Of a DNA stretch of 64,000 nt, positions 39,290 to 53,306 are shown piece by piece. The notes below the pieces were generated by a model. The model saw only the letters and a program-made list of their open reading frames with translations, ran no database searches and was not told the origin of the DNA. The number at the start of each line of letters is the position of its first letter. The stretch's first letter is position 1. Both the position numbers and the translations under genes were made by a program. Source of the stretch: Paramecium tetraurelia (Eukaryota); the NCBI GenBank assembly GCA_000165425.1, contig CT868650.1, positions 1-64,000 of the forward strand, in the 5' to 3' direction.

Positions 39290-41576
39290 TCATTTGTGCA
39301 TTTTTTCTTACTTTCTTGCCTTTTGCAATTGTGTAACCTTATTCTTTGCTCTTATGTAAGCTAAAGCATCTTGGTCAACGTCATCTTATTCTGAAGGATC
39401 ATTGATGGAATACTCTTCCTCTTTTTGATTAACAAGTGGGTTGTTGATATCTTGCAATGTTAATCCATATTTTTTAAGAAAATGCTCCTCAAATTTTGAA
39501 ACCAAAGCTTATTTAGACTAAAGTTTATAAGTCTATAGATACTTGTACGATAGATTAATCTATCAAGATAATCTCAGACTTAAGATTTTTGATATTTTCT
39601 TAGTTTTATTTTAGTTCCTTTTTTAATTCCTTAAGCTCTTTCAAAGTTACATATTCTTCTTCATCAATAATACCTTAGGCAATTTCCTATTAAGTTAAAA
39701 CATTTCTCTTACCTCCTAATTTTTATTCAATTGTTTTTATTCTATAACTCCCTTCTTTCTTTCAATTCTCTATTTAAGCTGGATTGAAACCTCTGATAAA
39801 GAGATAATACTTTCCTTCTTTTCTTTCAATTGATTCTAATGATAAAACTTATAAATGTTACAATATTTTCTAGTATTTATTGATTAATAGAAGAACCCTC
39901 TTTGTTCTTAAAATCAGTAAATGCTTGCTATTTATCGACATTAACTATTCTCTTTTCAATAGTAGATTCCTTATTAGCCTCTGTAATTTAACTCTCCTTC
40001 CTTAATTCTTATTACGCCTTTTCATCTAATTGTTTGAATTCATCCTTAGGAATATTCACTAAGTTCTCTATGTTGGTAGTTGGTTTAGCATCTTTTCTTG
40101 CCTTACCCAAACCAAATCCATTTTTGTTTTCTTCATATCCAACAGGATCTACTGTTTTAACCTAGTCACTCTTCTTCTTTGAAACATCAGGTTCTTTTTC
40201 AGTTCTTGGAACGTAGTTTTTATTTTCCAAATCTTTAACTAAATTTCTATAGAGATTCCTAAATTGGAAGAATAGTTCTTTGACTTATCTCAATGAGTCA
40301 ATATCAATATCTTCAAGTTCCCCATTCAAAAATTGTTACGCTATCTATTATTATTTGTATTATTGTTCAGGTGTATATGGCTCATATTATATCCTACCTC
40401 TATTAGCCAATGTATCATGCATTGCTAATTCTTATCTCAGATCTTTGATTTCTTTTTCATATTTTTTTATCAATACTTATGGATCCAAATTAACTCTGAC
40501 GGTAGATTCATTAGTAACCTTCATCATTCTTTATGCGAATTTCAAAGTGGATATAGTTTCTTCCAATTGATTTTTCTCTGGCCATATATTAGCAATCATA
40601 ACTGTCTTACTGTTTCCTCCAATTGAATCTTTGAGAAGATTTGTCAATTTGCTTTGTCGATAGGGAATGTGATCCCTTTATTTCTCTGATAATGCTACGA
40701 CTACTTATTCTAAAAATGAGAGCGATTTATTGATGAATTAGGCTTCCAATAGAGTTCTACCTTCTGATCCTGTTTTCTTTGTTCTTTCAGATCCTGCCAA
40801 GTCCACTAAATTCAATTTGCTTATAATAACTTTTTCAGCTGATTCAACTCTTGATCTTATTTCCAAATGAACTGTAAATACACAATGAGATCTCGATGAT
40901 GCTTTATTGAGTTTGTGTTCACTGATAGTCCTATTAGTTTCTCCTTCAAATAATTAAGCTATTGCATCTTCTTCGGTTTAGCACTTTTTAATTGTCAACC
41001 CTTTGACTTGCACATAACCATTGTTGTCTTCCTAGATAGCCAAACCAGTGCTATTGTATGTTGTTAATACATTTACTTCTGATCTCCTCCAGCCAATAAA
41101 TCATACATCATTTCGTTATATATCTCCAAATATGAAACTCCTACAGTAATTTATTATTCATATCTGGCTTCTATTTCTTGAAACAATAAGCTTATGCATC
41201 TTGGCATCATTCCTCTATATTTGTAATCAATTTGAGATCCCATCATTGTAAAGGTCTTTCCTGCCCCTGTTTATCCATACGCCATTATTGTTCCAGAATA
41301 TCCTCCAAGAGCACTGTGTATTAATTCTTTTCCGCAGATATCAAACACAACTTCTTGACTTGCATTCTAAAGAACCTTATCAAAGGTAAATCCCCAATCT
41401 TCTTATTAATGATTCACAAATCCTTTCAGTTTAAAATCAATATTCATACCTTATTCAGCTGATTTTGGTATATTGATTGCTATATGTCCAGTGTTCTCAT
41501 TGATATTGATATTTTTATAAGCAAATTCTACTGTTGGTCTTGTTCGAACTATGACTTTTATTGGAGTTTTAACCAT
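39290..41576 (-). CDS. KIF9: Kinesin-9 (KIF9/KLP1-like)
   Basis: [74 protein letters not shown]; tail [12 protein letters not shown]. Confidence 0.92.
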
Positions 41577-41997
41577 TTTTATATCAATAATATATATATT
41601 ATTCCCTTATTATATAATTTTATGAACTAGGTACAATTATGTATTATGATGATAATCTGTTCAATAAATATTCAGTATATATACATCTTAAATAACAAAA
41701 CTAATTACTCATTTTATATCAATCAAAAGATCTTATGAAAGATCTATTGCTATCATAAAAATAGTATATTGTTAACTTTAATATATGGTAATATTTTTGC
41801 AATAGGAATGCTAAGATACAATTTTTAGTTCTTGATGTCGAAAATGGTAAGGTTTATCTGCTTTAATTATTGGATAAAATTTTAAATTTATTTTACTTGA
41901 AATGAAAAAATAATGATGTGTAATAACGTTTATATAATTGATTATATAAACAATAATTATCAAAGTAATACAGAGAATTTTATTTAATAAATTTAAT

Positions 41998-43006
41998 TCA
42001 CCAATCCCACCAACTTTTTCTGATTCGAACAACTCCTTTTCTCTCATTGTTAAAATTAGTATCATTAGAAAATCTTACTTTCTTTGAATTTCTATTTTTA
42101 AACACAGTATGACTTGATTTTATTGAATTTTTACTCATTGATATACTTCTCTAAGAAAGTGATCTATTCTTTTTTAAGATACTTTTAACACTTTTCTATG
42201 TCTTATGACTTCCGCTTTGACTTCTTTCCTCTTATGAATAATAATCACTAAACATTTTTTCAAAAGCTTCTAACTATTTCACTTTTTTTGAATAAACAGA
42301 CTTTTATGTTCCATAGCTTGCATTATTACTTTATAATTCCTCTCTTTGAACTATTATTTTCTTTAGAGCAGACTTCTTCATCATATCAGATTTGGGAGAT
42401 ATTTGTTAATCTTTCTACGTTGGGGTTTTGGATATTTAAGATTTTTAAGAAACAGTATCAGCATCAGGCTTTTTAGGTGCAAATTAAGATGTCTGTCTTG
42501 GTAAATAAGGATTAGAGGTTTATTAATTGTTAGGTACTTCTGATTATGATTGTTTCATTGAATTTTAGAATGAGAATTAGTTATCAAGTGCTTATTCCTT
42601 CTAATTTTATTCTTCTTTTTGTTTCATCTCTAATAATTATTGTTCCTGCAATTTTCTAAGCTCCTCTTCTTCCTATTGTCTTCTAAAAATATGTTTAATA
42701 TTACATCTATTATATTTTATATCTAATTTCAAGCTTAATATCGTTTTCAAAGCGGTTTTTTCTATCAGTGTGTGTTGGTATAGATGCTATTTCTTTAGTT
42801 TTAATAAAGCAGGGTTGCTTTTAGGAGACATAACAATTATTTTCTTCTGCAATTGAATCCTCCTTAATCAACAATTGCAAAGACAAATAAGGATCAGTCT
42901 TAGATTCTCTATCGGATTCTTGTCCTTTATTGATCTTGTTTCTAGTCATCATTGTGCATTCTTTATCATTCTCTTATTGTTTGCATATATTTTAGCAAGT
43001 ACCCAT
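41998..43006 (-). CDS. Putative N-acylated PP1-docking protein (MGTC..C; SILK and KKVRF motifs)
   Basis: MGTCQNICKQ start; low-complexity middle; ..KSVKSILKKNRS..NSKKVRFSNDTNF..RKSWWDW*; one intron; frame traced continuously. Confidence 0.8.
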
Positions 43007-43228
43007 TTTATATTTTTAATGAATATGTAAATTTCAGTTTATTTTAATAACTCACCTTCTAAATTATACGATTCATCATTTTTCAACCCAGGTCTTTTTT
43101 GAACCATTTCTTGTTATTACTATTAAACAATAATTAAATTTCTCTAATTTATTGATGTTTGATATAACAAACTAGAATTTTGAATAAATCGAAAAAGTTC
43201 AACTAAATATACAAAAAATTAAATTATA

Positions 43229-43624
43229 ATGTAGAAATCAAGTGTTGGTCCTAAATTACTGCTCTAACTAACTATAAGAGTAGGGCCATATGATGATACT
43301 GTGCCAGATGAGCAATTTTGGTAAGGGTTCGATCAAACTTGCATGGTTAAAGAATAGCAAAGGTATGATGCAAAAGGAAGACAGATTGCAAAAGGCAAAA
43401 ATTACTCAATAGAATTCGATAACTATGTCACAATTTGTGTTTATGACCCAAACAATGAAGTCTTATAAATCAAGGAAACTCTTTCTTAAATTTCCAATCT
43501 TGATATGATGAAGATTAACTTCAGAAACCAGCATAATATGAACAAAAAATAATAATAAACTGACTAATAATTACGGCCAATTTTGAAAAGAAAAAACTCA
43601 CCACATCCGAATATCTTGAGATGA
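43229..43624 (+). CDS. 131-aa protein with RYDxxGxxIxKG..IxF motif and PILK
   Basis: Intronless frame MQKSSVGPKLLLQLTIRV...RYDAKGRQIAKGKNYSIEFDNYVTICVYDPN...RPILKRKNSPHPNILR*. Confidence 0.8.
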
Positions 43625-43848
43625 GGATGAAATTTGAGTTTATTTACAATTTTGATGCTATTTGTAATTAATTATTCTTCAAGAGATTTTTAATCGAAAA
43701 ACTTATTTGTTTTTTATAACATATTTATTAAAACCAAAATTTGACTGGCTATTGCTCATTTATATTGAAAACTTAGATGAGTTTGCAAAGATGGCTTATT
43801 TCTATACAATTTACTTCATATTAAACAAATGGTTAATCAAAATAAATA

Positions 43849-44697
43849 TCACTATTTAGTTAAATAGATGTTAAGTTATTGGGCTAATTGTGTTACAGAA
43901 TATTGATTGCTTTTAAACCAATCCTCTTGTATAGCTTCTTCTATTGTGTATCTCTCATTGGGATCAGCACACAATAATCTCTACATGTAATTCTTAAATC
44001 CAATATCTGGTTTTTTTGCTTCGAAAATCTTCCAAAATTTATCCCATTCTTTATTTTTTATAAAATTCCAAAATTTATCTTATTTCTATGGATGCGTACT
44101 TAGGAATGGTCGATAACCCATACACAGAACAAAAAACAATACTCCCAATGAAAATATATCACACTTTTTTGCATCGTAATTCTCATTTACAGCGGCTTCA
44201 GGAGCAGTATAACCTTCACTTCCACCTCTTAATTTAGTATTTGGTTGATTTGCTACTATTGCAAATCCGAAATCACACAGTTTTATTATGAATTTTTTTG
44301 AAATAAGAGCATTTTCAGGTTTGATGTCACCATGCACAATATTCATTTGATGTAAATATTTAACAGCAGTCATTATTTAATTTACAATTGATTTGATAAT
44401 CCTTATATCTAGTTGTAGATCAATCAATTTTACAAGATTACCAAAAGGCATATATTCAATTAATATACAACTACCATCCATAGAACTTGCAAAGAATTTT
44501 ACTATGTGTTCATGATTCAGATGATATAGGAGTCGGATTTCCTGTTAAAAATTAAATTTGTGTTGTAAATCCTTAAAACTTGTTAACTTCAATGCATATT
44601 CAGTTCCATCACATTTACGAATTACTTTATACACAATTGAATCGAAACCTTTTCCAATTATTTCTTTATTATTAAACTCGAAGTCTTACGAAAACAT
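43849..44697 (-). CDS. Ser/Thr protein kinase (non-RD), 282 aa
   Basis: GKGFDSIVY, ALK, HGDIKPEN, DFG, GSEGYTAPE, DIFSLGV; intronless. Confidence 0.92.
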
Positions 44698-45263
44698 TTA
44701 CAAATTAAATTGGAAGGGCTTTTAATGCATTTAATATTATTTATAATTTAATTATTATTAGTGCATAGGTAGAAACAACACATTACAAATTCTTAATATT
44801 TCCAATTAATTAAAATAATAATTGGAATTCTCATTTAAGATCAATTATTCAGATCTACAAATAAAGAATTCAATAAATTCGATTTAATTCATTGCTAATT
44901 AAATTTTACATGAATAATAAATGTATAATCATTTAATTCAATTAAAAAAGTGGTTTAATAATATGATGAACTAAAGCTAAATGTGATTAACAATAATAAA
45001 TTTGAAATTCAATAATAGTTACATGCTACTAATGTGAATACTTGAATTTCCTCTTAAAAATGTCTAAACTAATCATTCATTTATGGTTAACAATATATTG
45101 ACAAATAACTCAAAAGTAATAAAGTTTAGGAACATTATCTAAAATTATCATAAGTGAATTTATGAATACTGAAAACAATCTTAGATATTAGAATTTTTGA
45201 TAAGTAAAATTACTTGAATACAAATAAATAACCATATTTTTATATTAAATCTAGTTAATAATT

Positions 45264-46098
45264 ATGTATATGCACATTAACGAAATGGATTTGATATTAC
45301 CATCTATGAAACCAAAAGGAGCTTTATGGTTAGGCAATATTAAGGCTGCCTAGAATATTATGAATCTAAGTAAGGAAAATATTCGTACTGTAATTACAGT
45401 AGCTAACAATGTTAATGTCAGCTATCCAAAACATTAGAAAATAAACCATAAGGTATATTGATCAATGAGAGTAGATTTTTAAAGTTCATGATAAAGAAAA
45501 TGTAACTATTCAAGAACTGATCGAAATGACAAATGAAGAAATTGAAGAGGCTATGAAAATTGGGTCTGTTTTAGTACATTGTATGGCTGGTATTTCTCGA
45601 TCAGCTACATGTGTCATTGCCTATTTGATGAATGAAAACAAATGGACTTTTGAGAAAACACTCAAATTTGTTAAATAGAAAAGGCCCTGTGTAAATCCGA
45701 ATGAAGGATTTAAAAAATAACTGATTTCGTATTCAAATGAAATTTAAAAGAAATTAATACCCAAATAAACTTTATAAATTAACAATCCCTTAGCAAAATT
45801 AAGAAGATAATTACATTAATCTCCTGAGGATTTGATCAAATATACCTAATTAGCCAGATCTCCTAAACACGAGATCAAAGTATTGACAAAGGATTCAACA
45901 GAAGAAGAGAAATAACAATATAGATAATAGTTAGCCTAAAAGTTATTTGTTAATACTTTTTCAAAGACAGACAGAAATCGATAATAATTATAAACTGTAC
46001 ATGTCAATAAATCTTCAAATATTAAAGGATATATCAGTATGTACAAGTAAGTAGAAGAATAAAAATTGATAGGATTCTTATCGGATCGTTTCAATTGA
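45264..46098 (+). CDS. Dual-specificity protein phosphatase
   Basis: LWLGNIKAA, VLVHCMAGISRSATCVIAYLM, KRPCVNPNEGF; one intron. Confidence 0.93.
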
Positions 46099-46244
46099 AT
46101 AAAAGTAATGATCTATATTTCAATTTCAAATAAATTCATATAAATATATGATCAACAGTGTCTGCTAACTCATATTGATTAATAATTAACAGAAATTTTA
46201 ATGAAGCAATAATTCCGCTAATTAATTATTTTAACAGTTAATTC

Positions 46245-47718
46245 ATGTCTGAAGAAGAGGTTGTTGCCTGTGATCAATGTAAATAAGTACCAGATAATTA
46301 CTTAAGTCTAAATTGTAATCATTGTTTCTGCTTAGTCTGTATGGCTCAAAACTTTCTGAAAGTATTTTAATTTAGAATAATAGGGTGGAAGAATCTTCAA
46401 ATTAGAGGGAACAGAAAATATTCATTATATATGTACAGTTTGTGAAAAAGACACTCCCTTAGATGATGGATCAGTATCAGTAGTTGAGAGTATCTGTCAT
46501 CAATTGATTCAAACTAGTCTTGAGAAGGTTCGTGAAGAATAAAATATTACTAAAGAAGAAAAACCCCTTCAATAGAGTTAGACTATTGCATAGCCGATAG
46601 CATAACCAAAATGTGATATTCATACCAAGGAGGATGCAACATTATTTTGTTTCTCTTGTGAGAATAAATGTTTTTGTATTAAATGCCTGTTGAGACACGA
46701 TAATAAAACACATGAAATATAGAATGTGAATAGTTGTTTGAAGAGATTGAAGAGTAAAATGAATGATGCCACTCATACAATAGGGGCATCATTAGAATTA
46801 ATGCAATTGCAATTAAAGAGAGTTTAAGACTAAGATTCTACGTTGTAAGAGGAGATGGATTATCTAATTTAAAGAGTGCAAGAATAGTTTCAATCATTAT
46901 ATCAAGTGATTCAGAATAAAGAGAAAGAGATTGTAACTTAATTAGAGAACCTTAAAGAGATACAAGAACAACAGACTGAAAAAATGCTCAATGATATTCA
47001 GATGAAAATTAACAGTCTTATTTAATTGAGAAGTGACTTTGAAAATATTGGTTTGAGTGAATAATTATAACCTTCAGTGAGTATTCTTAACTACTATTCG
47101 GGATGTAAATAAATAATGCAAAAAAGTCATAGGATAAATGAGCTTTAGTGATATTTTCAGCACTGTCAAATATTTCCCAGATAATGGTAATTGAGTATTT
47201 AATATGAAGATTAATTCTTTAGATATGACGAGTTTGAATTGAAGATGCAGAACTTGAAAGCACAAATTGATAGATTCTTTACTTAATAAAGATCAGTATC
47301 TTAACATGAGAAGTAGAGTAGAATTACTCAAAAATCAGCCATCATTGATTAGTTGTATCTTAGTTAAAGATGTCATACCTAAATGGATGAAAGCACTGAT
47401 AGTTTTAAATCACATTAAGTATCCACTTACTCTAAAATTAACACTCCCATCAATAACTAAAGGAATTTATAAGCGAAGGTTGAGGAAATAAAATAATTAT
47501 ATTCAGATAGAGTGAAGACTTAATAAAAGTTATAGAAACAATAAGAGAATAGTCTGAATAATATTCAAAGGTCCTTTTCTGAATTAGCTAGTTTCAAAAA
47601 ATAGACTGCTCTAAGTGCATTAAGATTATAATAAGGCTTGTTTGATTCTAGAGTAACAAAAAAATTATAATAATCTTAGTAGCAATAAATACAAGAATCA
47701 CAACAAGTTCAAAAATGA
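46245..47718 (+). CDS. RING / B-box / coiled-coil (TRIM-like) protein
   Basis: CDQC..LNCNHCFCLVC..CTVC RING; CDIH..FCFSC...CIKC..H..H B-box; coiled coil; needs a 22-nt intron 47105-47126 (or a 1-nt correction) to stay in frame. Confidence 0.85.
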
Positions 47719-48209
47719 TATCATTTTAAATGTTTTGTTAAATTTTAATAATAAACCATATATCTACATTCAATTCAGCCATTACAAATGCTTCATCTAG
47801 TTAGTAGAAGGTATTTCCTTTCGATCTAGTATCAATATACATTAAACCAACTATCTATTTCGATTTATAATAAAAGAATGTTATTTCGATTGCTTAAAAA
47901 TATGTTTTCGAAAAAATCTTATTCTGACCGATATAATCTTAATAGCATTTGGCTTATTTACTAAGAATTTCAGTTAATTTATCAGTTAATGATATCTCCT
48001 TAAAACTAGTTACAATTTTACTCAAGGAATAATATATATAAATTTCGATAAGTTAATCATATTCTTATATAAAGTAGTAATAGATATTTGAGAGTTATAA
48101 TTTTCCAATTTGAATCTTATTCATAAATAATATTTAGAGAGATGGGATAGAAAATAGGAATGTGCTCTCTTTTCCTGTTTGTTATAAGATTTATTTATTT
48201 AATTAAAAA

Positions 48210-49151
48210 ATGCAGAGATTATAAGGTGCCACACTTAGTTTATGGAGTAGCTTTACTCCAGTTCCTTAGTATGCATTTGCAACACTGAATCTTAAATAAT
48301 TGAAGCAAAGAATGAAGTCTGTAGGATCCATCAGAAAGATCACCAAGGCCATGAAGATGGTTGCTGCTTCAAAAATGAAGTAGGATGTGTAAAGACTCGA
48401 GAATGGCAAATACTTTGGTGTGCGTTCTATTTAGGATTTGTTTGCAAATGAAACATACTTATAGAAAAAGCAATTGACTTTCAAAATTAATAAGACCCTG
48501 TTGGTTCCGATTACATCAGACCAAAGGACTTTGTGGTGGCATCAATTCATCAATTATCAGAGAAACACGTTCAGTGGTACGTCAAAATCGTAATGCTTTC
48601 AAACTGTTCTTGATCGGTGAAAAAAGTATATGAATATTTAATCACACTTTTAGTCCCTTGGAGCATTACAAAGAGGATTTCCTGAATTACTCACATAGGC
48701 TATCACAGCTATTCATACACCTATCAATTTTGTTAATTCATCATCAATTGCTCATCAGATTTAATTGAATGTCACAGATGATATTGATTAAATAGCTATA
48801 ATCTTCAATCAATTTAAGAATGTGGTGCAATAAGTGGTCAAGAGAGTTGATTTATTGAATAGAAAGAATTTCATAGCTTAATTCAGATTGGTCACTAAAT
48901 ATGATACAGCTGAACCAGAGAAGGAATTTGTTCAAAATTACATGTATGAATATTATGTTGCAACTGCCTTCTATCATGCCATGTTGAACAATTTCGCCAG
49001 TGAAACATCATCAAGAATGAATGCCATGGAGAATGCCTCTAAAAATGCTGGTGAAATGCTTGACAAATTGACACTTGAATACAATAAGGTCAGACAAGCT
49101 AAGATCACAGTTGAGTTATGTGAAATCATTTCAGGAGCCTCAGCCGTCTGA
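48210..49151 (+). CDS. ATP3: Mitochondrial ATP synthase gamma subunit (1-nt frameshift at 48521-48522)
   Basis: [69 protein letters not shown]. Confidence 0.93.
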
Positions 49152-49227
49152 TATTAAATCATAATATAGAACATTTATATATTAATAATTAAATCTGTTT
49201 TTATGCTTATTATATAAACTGTGTTTT

Positions 49228-49809
49228 TCATTTTGTTCTGAGAACTTCAGTCTCAATTTTCCTTCTATTTGTCAATTTAGCCAAATATTTCTCAAACTAT
49301 TCAGCAGTAATGTCTTCTGCATCATATCCGGCAACATTGTGAATAACTTCATCAATATCCTTTTATGAAAAGTTGAGATGCAATTCATCTGAAATCTTTC
49401 TCAAATCTTCCTTATCCAAGGTACCTTTACCATCTATATCCACCAAAGTGAACAGTTATTCTCTCCCTTTCTAATCAAATGTATTGCCCTAAAAGATTCT
49501 ATACAATCAAATTACCAACTTAGTTGTCAACTCTCTTACGAATTCTTCAAAATCCACACCTCCATCTCCATGTTAATCAGAAACCTATGACAAAGTATTG
49601 GCTACTATGGGACTCTTTTCCACCAATCCCAATTGTTATGCTGTTATCATTACATCCTTCAAATCAATTCTTCTTGTTCTTGGATTACAATACAAATTAA
49701 ATAATCTATAAAGTTCTAAGATATGATCATTTGTTAAAGTTGTATGATTCTTAACCCAAGGCTTTTAAAGTAAGGCTATCTCGTCTTTATCTAAAATTTA
49801 TTGATTCAT
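49228..49809 (-). CDS. Divergent centrin-like EF-hand protein
   Basis: ELYRLFNLY..IDLKDV...LGLVEKSP; DQHGDGGVDFEEF; LFTLVDIDGKGTLDKEDL..ELHLNFS..DIDEVI; one intron. Confidence 0.8.
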
Positions 49810-50110
49810 TAAATTTAAGATATTTTTAATAAATATTTATTTTAATATAATGTATAAGTATTACAAAATAAGTTATTATTACTTCAAAACTAATCATAAA
49901 TGAACTTAATTTATAAGATATCTATTGTTCTAATATCAAAAGGAACTCATGACTCTCATTAAATGCCATACATAGATGGTTTTATATAAATAACTAAACT
50001 GTAGAAAATACATCCAAGAAACAATTTGTTCACAGCAAACTTAATGAACTAAGAGAAGGATTGAGAGTTAAGAGTTTGTCACTTAATAAAAATGATGAAT
50101 TTTATATAAA

Positions 50111-51152
50111 TCACTAGTAAAAATTTTGCGTATAATTTCTAACATAATCCTATGAATTATAATCCGAGTCTGATTCCTATTAATCGAAGTCTTCAACTAC
50201 AAAATGAACTTTTCTTGCTTTTCTAATCTTCTTTTAATGATAATTTAAAAACAATTTAGTCATTAATCCTGGCACTTTAGTTATCTCTTATTCTAAATTG
50301 GGATTCAATCTTAATATCTAATCAAAATCATCTATGAATAAACTATGTGCCTTATCAACTATTATCGGAGATAAAATATCACAATATTTTTCAACAAACA
50401 ATAAGATCTATAAAATGTTTGAGATGTCTAATTTTGATATTATATCCTCCTCACACTTCTATTTAAGATCCATTATCATATACTCATCTGCCAATAACAT
50501 TAAATCACATGCATCGGCAATATTATCAGGGAACTATCAAGATCATTATTCATTTAAATACTTCCTTCCAATATCCACTGTATATCCAACCTAACATCAG
50601 TTTAAACAATTCAGGTTTTTTACATTCCACTTTTATGATGCTCTGAGTACTCTCAATTAGATTGGAAGAGAACATTCCATTGAATTTTGGGGATCGACAA
50701 GATAATATACATTTATGCAACGGAAGCACCTACATATTTATTAAAGTCTTTACTATCTCATCATTAATCTTTAGAATCACATCGCTGAATATCCCCCCTA
50801 GAAATAAGTTTTATAATGATGTTTTTAAAGGATTTTGCACCATCTAATTAAACTCATTGGTATGTATCACTTTTACTAAACTTGCAGTCATTATGCTAGT
50901 TTCAGGCTATGTCATTAATCAATCAAATACTCTAATGTCTCTTCCTAATGATTGAAATCGCAGTTATTTATAATTTAAACCTGTTATACCACAAAATTCT
51001 AAACTATACGATAAAAAAGTTCGAGGTTTTGTAATTGGTAGTCTGATTGAATTGTTCTTTAGAATTATAACTTGATTCTTTGATGAATTCATTAAGTCTT
51101 CACCAGCTTCGAAAATTATATCTAACTAATCTGATCCTCTCTTTTTTAACAT
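50111..51152 (-). CDS. BTB/POZ(-BACK-like) protein with C-terminal RKVHF
   Basis: FSDVILKI..PLHKCILSCRSPKFNGMF..FKLMLGWIYSG..LMLLADEYMIMDLKQKCE; four short introns; tail KIRKARKVHFVVEDFD. Confidence 0.88.
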
Positions 51153-51978
51153 TAAAAATTCTAATATATAAATAATTTAATAACTCATAATTACTATTTT
51201 TATCTATTTATTAAATTAATTTACATGTTTTTACTTGTTCTCTAAGTCATTATTTGAAACTTAAATATTGAATAATTTATTTCATTTTTGATGTGACTTA
51301 AAATAATGACTAAACTTATAATTATAACCAAGATTCTAGAAATTTAAATGTTCAATTAAAGTCTATTAGGAATCTGAATATCTTTAAATTTATATTATAA
51401 AGTATGTTAATTTAAAAGTACTTGAGTTCCAATTAATCATTTGTCTACATCGAAATAAAAATTGAAAATAGAATTGAATTTCAATTTAACAGCATCTAGA
51501 ATCATTGTAGGTAATTGTATCAACAAAAAGTTTCTTGTACAATTATATATAAATTTTAACTCATTATATGAATTTCAACAACCTACATACTATCAAACTA
51601 AAAGCTAATTCAACCAATTGATATTCAAATTTAAATCAAGTAATTTATAATCAAATATGTTATATAAAACAGTCTAATAAAATTTAAATATCTAAAATTA
51701 AATCAAAGTCTGCTAATTAATTATATAAACAATTATTCACATGCTTATGTTAATCCTTTCATTTCTACTATATATAAACTGTTTTTCATTAATATTATAA
51801 TTATTTCCTTAAATAATTATTTGAATAACAGTAGGGGTTAATATTAACTTCATCATTTTATATACAAATCTTAGGGAATCTTTAATTATTTTATATTAAT
51901 CCTAGATATATGAGATTAATAAATTAGAAATTGATGAACTTCAATTTTATTATATAATAATTATTATTTAAACAATAA

Positions 51979-53306
51979 ATGTATTAATAACATGTTCCAA
52001 TGACAAGATTATAAAGAGAGTTTCGTTTGAAACCACTTGAGTTCTCATCTCCTTAGAAGGAGAACATGCAAAAGATCGCGCTACGATACCCTGAAAGTGC
52101 AGATTATAACAGCAACAATGGTAAATATTAGTCGAATTTATCATTGCCTGCACTACCTCCTTTAAAAAAATTGAACAAAATAGAGCAAACGGTTTCAATT
52201 TATAAGGGCAAGGCTGCTCGTTTACCATCGATATAATTCACTGCAAGTGAGTAGTAATTATAAAGAAAAAAGCAAATTTCAGAAATAGAAGGAATGAGGA
52301 AATCTATAACACCTGAAAAAAGATTAGGCAAGAGAAATTCTTTGATATTTGCAATGAGAACTAAAGCTGGTTGTTAACCAAATAAAGCAACAAAAATTAA
52401 TTAAGATGCCGCAATTGTTTGTCCAAAAAATGTTGAAAGGTATTATGCTATATATCGATAATAGTGTTGGATATAGGATGTTTGCAGTTTGTGATGGACA
52501 TGGCTTAAATGGACATATGGTTTCGAATCAAATCAAACAACAATTGCCTAAACACTTAGGTAGGCTATTGAAGGATGCTGATAACATCGAGAATCAGATT
52601 CAAAAAGCATTTACAATAACTAATAGGGAATTGTGGAACTCTGAAATTGACACCAATCTTTCAGGTTCAACTACAGTATCATTATTGATAACTAAGGATC
52701 TTGTAATTTAAATATTATAATGAAGATTTACTCAGCAAATGTAGGTGACTCAAGGGCAATAATGTGTAGATTTAACGATGGGTGGAAGGTTGTTCCTTTG
52801 AGCAGGGATCATAAACCTGATGATCCTGAAGAGAAATAAAAGATTTTAGAGGCTGGTGGACGAGTAGAATAATAAAAAGGTATAAAATTCAATTCATTAA
52901 TAGATTTGCATGGAAATCCAATAGGACCATTTCGAGTTTGGCTTTCGTATATCTAAGCTCCTGGATTGGCAATGGCCAGATCACTTGGAGATAAAGTAGG
53001 GGCTTAGGCAGGAGTGACTGCAGAACCAGAAATCAAACAATATGCTATAACTGGATAGGATCACTTTATTGTCGTGGCTTCGGACGGAGTATGGGAATAC
53101 TTAAGTAATGAAGAAGTACATATATATTCAAATTAGGTGATGAACATTGTAATTCCGTACTTGGAAAAAGACAATCCAGATTAAGCTGCTGAGCGTATAA
53201 TAATAGAAGCCACACAAGCATGGAGAAGAGTAAATTTGATTTTAAATTTTAGAATAGTTTGGCTAGAGACGACATTACTTGTATAGTTATATTCTTATAA
53301 AAGTGA
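51979..53306 (+). CDS. Protein phosphatase 2C (PPM family)
   Basis: NQD, VCDGHG, GSTT, ANVGDSRA, SRDHKP, GLAMARSLGD, VASDGVWE, DDITC; several introns. Confidence 0.95.

Noticed and set aside
47105..47126. Frameshift in the RING/B-box gene
   Set aside because: Explained by a normal-looking AT-rich 22-nt GTA..AAG intron
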